Below, one piece after another: positions 38,847 to 46,971 of a stretch of DNA of 64,000 bases (position 1 is its first letter; every line of letters begins with the position of its first letter). The translations under genes were made by a program, and so were the position numbers. Location: NCBI GenBank assembly GCA_963662285.2, contig CAXXMV010000006.1, positions 1,216,001 to 1,280,000 of the forward strand, in the 5' to 3' direction. The notes under the pieces were generated by a model, which made no database searches, had not been told where the DNA came from, and saw nothing but the letters and a program-made list of their open reading frames with translations. The DNA is from a bacterium (GTDB lineage: Bacteria; Hinthialibacterota; Hinthialibacteria; Hinthialibacterales; Hinthialibacteraceae).

Positions 38847-38999
38847 CTAGAAAATTGTATAGATGAAAGGCGCTATGACCGGGTTTGAAGTCAAAAGGAT
38901 CAATGCGCTTAACGCCAAAATAACCAATATAATAGGCAGCAGCCAATATTTCTTACGCTCTTTTAAGAAAGCCCAGAATTCTAATAATAAATCATACAT
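38847..38999 (-). CDS. DUF5989 family small membrane protein (50 aa, absent from the ORF track)
   Basis: Manual translation gives MYDLLLEFWAFLKERKKYWLLPIILVILALSALILLTSNPVIAPFIYTIF; RKK-x-WLLP and APFIY-x-x-F are family hallmarks. Confidence 0.85.
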   Translation of the reverse strand: MYDLLLEFWAFLKERKKYWLLPIILVILALSALILLTSNPVIAPFIYTIF

Positions 39000-39102
39000 A
39001 GTTACAAATTTCCATTTTCTAATAATTTAAGAATAAACCTGAACATTATACACTGGACTTATACGGTCTTGCTAGTTGTACCAGAACCCTGACAATGTTC
39101 TC

Positions 39103-40137
39103 TCATTTATGGCCTGAGATTGCGATCCGTAGATCGAGCAATATATCCATCATGATTGATGAAGGATTCACATAGCGCTCATGAACTTTAAGCGCATCCA
39201 GGATTCGTTCCATGACTCCCGTCAGTTGATCCAGTTTAGCTCCTTGCCATAATTTTTGCAGGTCTTTTTGGCGGTCAGGATTCTCAAACTGCGATGAATC
39301 GCCTCCAGAAAGCGCAACAATGCCATCACGAACAATGCGGAAAAGAATGGTCAGGTTGTCGGGCAGGTCATCGCGGGCTTTAGCGATTTCATCAGCTGAA
39401 TCAACCACGTAGGACTCTTTCTGCTTGATCTTGAGCAGAAATTCCAGCATCCAGTCGCGTTTGTCGAGGTATCCCTCTTCAATAAGTTTGTGAGCCTGTT
39501 CCGGCAACCCTCCGGCGGCGCGGGCAATTGCTGTGGCCTGGGCGAATGATAGTTCGTCCGGCAGCGATTTAGCGAGCGACTCAATCTCCAACGGCATCAG
39601 ACGCACCGACCAGCACCGTGAACGGATGGTTGGCAAAATACCTGCTACGCGGTCGGTTAGAAGCAGGAACCGGATATGGTCATGCGGCTCTTCTAATATT
39701 TTGAGCAGGCTGTTGGATGAAGATTCATTCATGCTATGGGCGTCATGAATGATGAAGAACTTTTTATCTCCCTCATAGGGCAGATGAAGAGCCTGTTCCT
39801 GCATTACTCTCATGTGGGCTACGGAATATTGGTTCTTTTTACGTTGTTGTCTTTTTTCTAATTTTTTTTTATCTTCGCTCCAGTCTTCCCACGGATGCAT
39901 TTCGATGACGTCCGGGTAAATGCCTTGCTCTATCTTTCTGCAATTGGGGCATTCTCCACAGAATTCATCTTGATTAATTTGGCATATATAAGTCATCACG
40001 ATTGCCCGTGCGACCTCTGATTGACCGGCGCCGGGCGGTCCGTAAATCAGAGAGGTGCGGCCGAATATCCCCCGGCTGATGGCGCGGGTAATTTTTTTGT
40101 GAACCGTGGTATGACAGGGTACTTTATCCCAAGGCAT
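39103..40137 (-). CDS. holB: DNA polymerase III subunit delta-prime
   Basis: Degenerate P-loop GPPGAGQ, CGECPNC zinc motif, YPDV, NSLLKILEEP and ILPTIRSRC. Confidence 0.88.
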   Translation of the reverse strand: MPWDKVPCHTTVHKKITRAISRGIFGRTSLIYGPPGAGQSEVARAIVMTYICQINQDEFCGECPNCRKIEQGIYPDVIEMHPWEDWSEDKKKLEKRQQRKKNQYSVAHMRVMQEQALHLPYEGDKKFFIIHDAHSMNESSSNSLLKILEEPHDHIRFLLLTDRVAGILPTIRSRCWSVRLMPLEIESLAKSLPDELSFAQATAIARAAGGLPEQAHKLIEEGYLDKRDWMLEFLLKIKQKESYVVDSADEIAKARDDLPDNLTILFRIVRDGIVALSGGDSSQFENPDRQKDLQKLWQGAKLDQLTGVMERILDALKVHERYVNPSSIMMDILLDLRIAISGHK

Positions 40138-40311
40138 AATATTGTTTGAGAGATAATTGGTTTTTTGCTGAGCGGTTTATATAATATATTTTGATAATCG
40201 CTCTAATCATAGCCTTGAATAATCCAGGGCAGTTTGGCTATGCTAGATATATCTCTTCTCTGCGATAATATTGGGGGGAAGCGTTAAAAAGTCAAGCAAC
40301 CGCTATTATGT

Positions 40312-41577
40312 TTGTGGAGATTTCCGTTGCGCATTTATCAAATAATTACTCTAATCATTATGTTAATCGTTGTTATCGGTATAATTCTATTTCGCGTCAT
40401 CGCGGTTAATCCATTGATATCACAACCGGATATCCAGATTGATCCCAATGAATATCGTGCAGATATTTCACTACGCTGCCTCAACAGCCGATTTAATGCT
40501 GATGTTATTTTTGTTACTGATCCCGAAACTCCCCTTCAATTTCAATACGACCTGAAACTGATTAAAAATCCTCCGGAAGGGTATTTGCCAGCTCCATCCG
40601 ATCAGGCATGGAGCGTTACATCCGGAATGATTGAAGAACGCGGCGGCAAGGCCTACTGGAAAGGAGGATTGGAAGGATTGCAAATTATCAGCATATCCGG
40701 CCAGGTTAAATTTATCCCCCCTGATCAGGATGGTCTATTCGCCCGGAAATTACCGGAGATTAAAATACCTTATGAAGCCTCCCTCAAATGTTTTTTCCCT
40801 AGAAGGGTAGATTCAATAGTTGATGGGAAAGTTAATGGTTTTAAAGTCGGGATATATCCCGATCCAACTGATCCTGAACATCTTAAAAAAACAGCCAATG
40901 CAGAGTCGGTTAAAGCGCATCAACAGGTTTATCAACCGCCGAAATATTTCTATCCCGTCACTCCTGATACGTATCGGCTTAAGATATTCAAAGATTATAC
41001 GTTGGGTGAATTTGATCTTGATCCACGATTTATCAAACTGACCTATCCGCGCTATGTCGCTATTAATCCCAAGATTTTCACCAAACTGGAGATGTTGGAG
41101 GAGGTCGTTCGCAGCCAGGGCGTCAAACTCTCGAAATTCAAAATTTTCTATGGATACCGTTCACCGTTGTACAACATCGGTTCGCGTGAGAATGACGGCG
41201 ACACGACCTTGAAGAGTCCTTTTTCGACTCACATGTATGGTTTGGCGGTGGATATCATGATCGATGAAGACGATGATCTTGTGATTGATGACCTGAATCG
41301 CGACGGGAAGATTACTCATGCGGATGCTGTAGTGTTGCTGAGGTACGTCAATATTCTGGATAATAAACTGCAAGAAGAGAAAAGCGACCTGTTGGGCGGC
41401 GCCGGATCATATATCCATCATGATTTCTGGGAACGGGGCGAGTATGTCCAATCGCCTTATGTCCATATTGATGTTAGGGGATACCGCGCCCGCTGGGGCG
41501 CCAAGGACTCAATAGGCATTCTCAAAGAGAAAGAACCATACCGTTTGAAAAAGCCGATTCCGAACTGGCCTTTCTAG
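40312..41577 (+). CDS. Membrane-anchored peptidase M15-like (D,D-carboxypeptidase-type) protein
   Basis: N-terminal TM; GYRSPLYN...STHMYGLAVDI...VHIDVRG Zn-peptidase motifs; EF-hand-like DLNRDGKIT insert. Confidence 0.7.
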   Translation: MWRFPLRIYQIITLIIMLIVVIGIILFRVIAVNPLISQPDIQIDPNEYRADISLRCLNSRFNADVIFVTDPETPLQFQYDLKLIKNPPEGYLPAPSDQAWSVTSGMIEERGGKAYWKGGLEGLQIISISGQVKFIPPDQDGLFARKLPEIKIPYEASLKCFFPRRVDSIVDGKVNGFKVGIYPDPTDPEHLKKTANAESVKAHQQVYQPPKYFYPVTPDTYRLKIFKDYTLGEFDLDPRFIKLTYPRYVAINPKIFTKLEMLEEVVRSQGVKLSKFKIFYGYRSPLYNIGSRENDGDTTLKSPFSTHMYGLAVDIMIDEDDDLVIDDLNRDGKITHADAVVLLRYVNILDNKLQEEKSDLLGGAGSYIHHDFWERGEYVQSPYVHIDVRGYRARWGAKDSIGILKEKEPYRLKKPIPNWPF

Positions 41578-41759
41578 AATTCGTTACTCTGAGCTTAATT
41601 AATTATTATCCAAATGCTTTATTGAAGATTTAACTTCATCTGGGATTGTATCTTGAGCGGATTTGTTGGAAAATTAAAAGAAGGTTAGTCATATATATAG
41701 GTCAAACGATGATTACGTAAACTTGGTACACAAACTATTTGTTGGATTGGAGAAACAGA

Positions 41760-42617
41760 ATGAACATGCGAAGAAGAGATTTTCTAATATCGGGGATCGG
41801 CGCGGCAGCCATCCTTCAAACAGCAGGAAGCACTGCTCTAGCGCAAAACGCCCGGCGGCAAAGAGCGCCGCGCATCGGCATTCAATTGTACGCCGTACGC
41901 AATGATTTTAGCAAAGACGTTCCCGGCACCATCAAAAACATGGCCGGATTGGGATATCAGGGCGTCGAGTTTTGGGGATATGGCGGAACTCCAAATGTTT
42001 TCCAGGACTGGTCGGCGGAAAAATTGCGTAAAGAACTGGATGACAATAATATCCGCTGCTGCGGCATGCACATCAACTTAAGCGCGCTGAGCAAAGACAA
42101 TATTGAAACCACCATCAAAAACAATCAGGTCTTGGGAAACCGTTATTTGAACGTCGCGGCTGCGGGCAATATGATGGAATCGCCTGAGACTATCAAAAAA
42201 TTCGCCGGCATCCTGAACGAATCCGCCAAAAAATTGCAAGAGCACAGAATGCGGGTGGGTTATCATTGTCATGGATTCGATTTCAAACAAGTTGATGGAG
42301 TATCCGCTTGGGATACGCTTTTTGCCCAGGTTGATCCTGAGGTCATGATGCAACTTGATACTGGCAACTGCGCTGAAGGCGGCGGCGATCCGGTTACAAT
42401 ATTGAAAAAGTTCCCCGGACGCGTTGCAACACTGCACGTTAAAGAATTCAAAGGCGCTCCACTCAAGGGCGACAACGCCGTTTGGAAAGAAATTATTGCG
42501 GTCTGCAAAGAACTGCATCGCACCAGGTGGTACATCGTTGAACAAGGCGAAGCATCAGGCGGAGGATTAGATATTCCACGCGCTAGTTTTGAAGAGTTGA
42601 AAAAATTGCTGGCGTAA
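41760..42617 (+). CDS. Tat-exported sugar phosphate isomerase/epimerase (TIM barrel)
   Basis: RRRDFL signal, IGIQLYAVR, GYHCH, QLDTG, LHVKE and IVEQ. Confidence 0.85.
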   Translation: MNMRRRDFLISGIGAAAILQTAGSTALAQNARRQRAPRIGIQLYAVRNDFSKDVPGTIKNMAGLGYQGVEFWGYGGTPNVFQDWSAEKLRKELDDNNIRCCGMHINLSALSKDNIETTIKNNQVLGNRYLNVAAAGNMMESPETIKKFAGILNESAKKLQEHRMRVGYHCHGFDFKQVDGVSAWDTLFAQVDPEVMMQLDTGNCAEGGGDPVTILKKFPGRVATLHVKEFKGAPLKGDNAVWKEIIAVCKELHRTRWYIVEQGEASGGGLDIPRASFEELKKLLA

Positions 42618-42640
42618 GTCATTGATTTATTACAATAATC

Positions 42641-42680
42641 AAACGGGTTGTAGGAGAAATCTTACAGCCTGTTTTTTTTT
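42641..42680 (+). terminator. Intrinsic terminator
   Basis: AAACGGGTTGTAGGA...TCTTACAGCCTGTTT followed by a T-tract. Confidence 0.65.
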
Positions 42681-42740
42681 GATTTTACTTGTGGGTGCTT
42701 TCTTGAGTGTTATTAATTTCGCTCTATCGTTGGTGGTTTG

Positions 42741-42780
42741 ATCAAGGGCTGACCGCAATGCGGTCTTGCCCTTGGCGCCC
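42741..42780 (+). repeat. Solo CAAGGGC-hairpin repeat
   Basis: ATCAAGGGCTGACCGCAATGCGGTCTTGCCCTTGGCGCCC. Confidence 0.75.
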
Positions 42781-42849
42781 ATGCAAACAGTTGATGAATA
42801 GGAAGGGATTGGCGCACCGGCTAGAAGCCGATGCTCCCCTTTTTGATGT

Positions 42850-42887
42850 TCCCCTCACCCTAGCCTTCTCCCGGAAGTAGAGGGAAC
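42850..42887 (+). repeat. BoxC-like palindromic repeat (degenerate)
   Basis: CCCCTCACCCTAGCCTTCTCCCGGAAGTAGAGGGAAC. Confidence 0.55.
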
Positions 42888-42920
42888 ATTGTTGCACTTT
42901 GTTTATGGTTTATTCGAGCG

Positions 42921-44342
42921 CTATAGATTATAAATATGTTTGGCGTTATCAGCTAAATAACGCTTGGCCAGAGCCAATGCGGCGTCATAGGAAAGGTTGT
43001 TATTATCAATACGTTTTTGCAGGACGCGGGCTAATATCTTACGGCAAAAGTGCAGGGAACCGGCTGCCATTTCTACTGAGGTTGAATCGTGCCCGATGGC
43101 GACTTTGTTATCCGGCAGGTAGCCGATATAGGTCTCCATACTTTGTTCGAAGAATTCCAGACTGAGGATGGGCGACCAGCAGGGATCAATGAATACATTG
43201 GCGGTTGATTTGGCTAAATAGGCCGCCTCTTCGATGAATGGCCAGCAGTGCAGCAAAACGAAATTCACCTTGGGAAAATCGTGGATAAGTCTTTTTAAGG
43301 GCAATGGATTGGAATCGGGTACATTATGGGTGCCGACGTGAATCTGATGAGACCATCCATATTCTGAGGCCAATGCGGCGCATTCATAAACTACGAAATT
43401 GCCGAAAACCAGTCTCTTATCCCGGTCATCTGTTGCTTCAAAACAAACCTCGGAATCATTGGGGCGCTCAAAATTCAATGGCCGTTTGTAGGCTTGCAAC
43501 TGCTTAGTTCCCATGAAACCCGCCTGACGCGCCAGTGAAAAACACTTGGCGAGAAATTCGCGAAACTGATCCGCGTTTTTGGGATCGATTCCGGTCTTAT
43601 CCACGCAAAAGCGCATGGCGTTAGTGGGCTTGCTGTAGAAATCGCAGAAATGATCGATGCGCAGCAGGGGCGACATGACCTCATACTCTCTCCGCTTGCT
43701 CTGGTTGAAGCCGAATTCCAATTGAACCGGCCTGAGGATTTTCTCTATGTTGCTAATTTTGCAGGCTTCGGGATACCAATCCATTAAACGCTGGTATTTG
43801 CTGCGAACCGTGTTATCCAGTTTAAGTACGTTGTCGATTTGGTTTGATTTTGGATCAAGTAAATCCTGAATGCCTACGCTATATAATGAGCGAAAACCTT
43901 GATCCAGGCAGGTGAACCAACCAGTGCTGTGTAAGCCATCCAAGATTTCAATAATATGAGACCAGGCGGTCGCCGGTTCTTTTTTGAACCACTTTTTCAA
44001 ATCCTGAAAACCTTTGTTTCGCGCCAGGGCATTGCGGTCTACGCCCTTTGAACTTAATGCCATACCCGAATATGGATCAAATAGGATATCGATGATCGAT
44101 GCATCATCTGCTACAGCGTCTGATTCCAGGTCGGCCACATAGCCGGATTTTCTCCAACCAATGGCGTCGATTGATCCCCAATGCTCATGACCGGATATAT
44201 TGGGCAGCGTTTGGATTTGCTGGAGGAGGGATGATTGGGTTTCGCTTGCATAAGAAGGCAATGATTTTGTTGCCAATCCGGCGCCAACGGCTAGTCCGGC
44301 GCCTGCTGTGGTGATGAGGTTGCGGCGTGATATCCTGTTCAT
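42921..44342 (-). CDS. Tat-exported amidohydrolase family protein (uronate-isomerase-like)
   Basis: SRRNLI signal, HEH metal motif, QIHVG, FVLLHCWP, NVFIDPCW and GHDS. Confidence 0.75.
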   Translation of the reverse strand: MNRISRRNLITTAGAGLAVGAGLATKSLPSYASETQSSLLQQIQTLPNISGHEHWGSIDAIGWRKSGYVADLESDAVADDASIIDILFDPYSGMALSSKGVDRNALARNKGFQDLKKWFKKEPATAWSHIIEILDGLHSTGWFTCLDQGFRSLYSVGIQDLLDPKSNQIDNVLKLDNTVRSKYQRLMDWYPEACKISNIEKILRPVQLEFGFNQSKRREYEVMSPLLRIDHFCDFYSKPTNAMRFCVDKTGIDPKNADQFREFLAKCFSLARQAGFMGTKQLQAYKRPLNFERPNDSEVCFEATDDRDKRLVFGNFVVYECAALASEYGWSHQIHVGTHNVPDSNPLPLKRLIHDFPKVNFVLLHCWPFIEEAAYLAKSTANVFIDPCWSPILSLEFFEQSMETYIGYLPDNKVAIGHDSTSVEMAAGSLHFCRKILARVLQKRIDNNNLSYDAALALAKRYLADNAKHIYNL

Positions 44343-44522
44343 AAGAGATTACCTGTTTGTATGAATATGTTCTTGTTAATCTAAGTTATCAATTTTAGAT
44401 CATCCTGGCAAGCGATGCTTTTGGTTTGGTCTGTGCGGCTACCCTATAATAATGGAAAACGATTACTGTATAATGCAATATTCATCAGACATTAATCTAA
44501 AAACAATATAAGGATAAATGTA

Positions 44523-45506
44523 ATGGTTCAATCTCATCTCGATCGCCGTCATTTTATGAAAACTATCCCTGCCGCAGCAGGAGCTTTGGCTCTTACATCA
44601 AGCGCCGCACAAGAAAAAAGTAAAGTGGTTGAAGTGCATCGCCCCGGTATAGTAGGCGCAAACCATCGCCCTGATCCAGCGGGCGTGATGGAAATGCTGG
44701 ATAAAGCCATGCATGAAATATCCGGTGAGAAATCCACCCGCGACCAATGGGCTAAATATGTCTCCAAGGACGATGTGGTTGGATTGAAAGTCAACGGATT
44801 GGGCGGCCCGCAGCTGTGCACTAGTACAGTATTAATTCAGGCCGTCATCAAACGCTTGGTGGAACTAGGCGTCAAAGAGAATAATATCATAATCTGGGAA
44901 GACCGGCAACGTTGCATCAGGTCATTCGGGATGCCGGAAAACATGGGTGATACAGGAGTACGCGTATGCCGGACTGATCATCCTTCCATTGGTTGGGCAG
45001 AACAGGAACTCGTTTTTGGCGGCGTTGCCGCGAACATTTCCAAAATTTTGACTGAGTATACAACCTGTATGATCAATCTGCCCATTCTGAAAGATCATTG
45101 TTTTTCGGGAACCACTATGGCGTTAAAGAATATCTCCCATGGTATAACCAACCGCTCAGGTAAGTTTCATACCAACAACTGCAATCCATTTATCGCTGAA
45201 GTAAATACAACTCCTGTGGTGCAAAAGAAATACCGCATCACCATTCTGGATGCTTTCCGTGGATGCTACGACAAAGGCCCGGAATGCATCCCGGCCTATC
45301 TCTATAACTATGATTCTCTCTATGTAGCTGTTGACCGCGTCGCCCTGGATACTATCGGAACCGAGCGGATCGCGGCGGTTCGCACAGAGAAAAATTTATT
45401 GCCTTTTTCAGAAGTGAACCGGCCTACAAACTATATCGCCGAAGCCAACAAACTTGGATTAGGGACTAATGATATGGCGAAAATTGATTATCAAAAACTT
45501 GGGTGA
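44523..45506 (+). CDS. Tat-exported DUF362 domain protein
   Basis: DRRHFM signal, VGLKVN, INLPILKDH..GTTMALKN and DRVALD. Confidence 0.85.
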   Translation: MVQSHLDRRHFMKTIPAAAGALALTSSAAQEKSKVVEVHRPGIVGANHRPDPAGVMEMLDKAMHEISGEKSTRDQWAKYVSKDDVVGLKVNGLGGPQLCTSTVLIQAVIKRLVELGVKENNIIIWEDRQRCIRSFGMPENMGDTGVRVCRTDHPSIGWAEQELVFGGVAANISKILTEYTTCMINLPILKDHCFSGTTMALKNISHGITNRSGKFHTNNCNPFIAEVNTTPVVQKKYRITILDAFRGCYDKGPECIPAYLYNYDSLYVAVDRVALDTIGTERIAAVRTEKNLLPFSEVNRPTNYIAEANKLGLGTNDMAKIDYQKLG

Positions 45507-45614
45507 TAGGTGAAGGGGAAGAATAAAGATGGGAAGCGCTTTCGCTTTGTCACATCCTACGAGATGTCTTTGTCGGGCGTATTTTTAACGTTACTGATTT
45601 AGGAGGAATATTCG

Positions 45615-46766
45615 ATGATTTCGCGTTGTTGTTCAATGGTACTTTTTATTTCTACTATTTTGTTTTCGACTCTGTTTCTTGTCTCCGACAGTTCGGCTTT
45701 ATCAGAAAATGAGAAAAAAGCGGGTTACACCGCTCTATTCAATGGTAAAGATTTGAGCGGTTGGACAGCCACCGGCAATAGTGATCGCTGGATCGTCAAA
45801 GATGGCGCGATTACCGGCCTGTCAAATGGAGGTGGATATTTACATACAGATAAAATTTATGAAAATTTCATTCTGAAACTGGAATATAAAATCGCTGATA
45901 GCGGTAATAGCGGCATTTTCTTTCATTATGTTGAACGGGGCCGTTCATCCCAGATGGGTGGAGAGATACAGGTCCTTGACAGTTACGGTAAAAAGCCAGA
46001 TAAGAATTCCGGTGGTTCTCTGTATGATGTTTTTCCTCCAGCAGTAAACGCATGCAAGCCTTCAACTGAATGGAACTCGGTTAAGATTGTATATATATGG
46101 CCCATATTAAAAGTAACTATGAATGGCATCGTGATTCATGACCGTGATATGCGCGACCACGAGAATACCCGGTGGCGGGCGCGCAGTGGACCAATTGCTT
46201 TCCAGGATCATGGCAGCAGCGTCTGGTACCGCGATATTCGTTTAATGGATTTAGGCGGCAACGAAAAAAGCGAGTGGATTCCACTATTCAATGGAAAATC
46301 CCTGGATGGCTGGGAATCCTTTGGCGCCGCTACTTGGAATATTGAAGGCGACGTCATTAAAGCGGAAAATGGCGTCGGTAGTCTGGTTACAAAAAAGAAA
46401 TTCAAAGATTATCACCTGTGGACTGCGGTTCTCAGCGAAGACCTGGTTCAAGGAGGCGTTTTGTACCGCTGGTTGAACAAAAAAGATCAGGGACATCAGG
46501 CCATCATCAATAATGCCACGCAGGATAATGCCTGGAAGACCGGCAGTATCAAGGATATTCAGCCGGCGCCATATCTTTATCCCGGTGACGGAAGTTGGTT
46601 TGGATTGCAGGTGATTGCCCAGGGTAATCAATCAACCGTACTGGTTAATGGTAAAGTTATGGCGAAATATGACCGGACTAAAGAGGTTGAGGGCAGCGTC
46701 GGCCTTCACATTGAGAATCCATTAGGAATTCTTCGATTTGCGGATTTAAGAATAAAACCGCTATGA
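45615..46766 (+). CDS. Secreted tandem DUF1080 (3-keto-glycoside hydrolase-like) protein
   Basis: Two LFNGK-x-L-x-GW domains, GNSGIF, EIQVLD, GSLYD and FQDHG. Confidence 0.88.
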   Translation: MISRCCSMVLFISTILFSTLFLVSDSSALSENEKKAGYTALFNGKDLSGWTATGNSDRWIVKDGAITGLSNGGGYLHTDKIYENFILKLEYKIADSGNSGIFFHYVERGRSSQMGGEIQVLDSYGKKPDKNSGGSLYDVFPPAVNACKPSTEWNSVKIVYIWPILKVTMNGIVIHDRDMRDHENTRWRARSGPIAFQDHGSSVWYRDIRLMDLGGNEKSEWIPLFNGKSLDGWESFGAATWNIEGDVIKAENGVGSLVTKKKFKDYHLWTAVLSEDLVQGGVLYRWLNKKDQGHQAIINNATQDNAWKTGSIKDIQPAPYLYPGDGSWFGLQVIAQGNQSTVLVNGKVMAKYDRTKEVEGSVGLHIENPLGILRFADLRIKPL

Positions 46767-46816
46767 TTTGAGTGATTCCTGAATATTAGTATTTCACATT
46801 GATTATAGACATCTCC

Positions 46817-46840
46817 AAAAGCCCATATCTATGGGCTTTT
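46817..46840. terminator. Intrinsic terminator
   Basis: AAAAGCCCATA-TC-TATGGGCTTTT. Confidence 0.7.
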
Positions 46841-46971
46841 GTGATTTCAATTTAATTGTGATTTTATGAATCATTATCATTGATGGAATGGTTTGCTTTA
46901 TTGTTGCAATTTATGCTATAATTTTAGAGTTGTTATTTATTTTTTATTTTTCCGGTTGAGGGACGCGCCTG

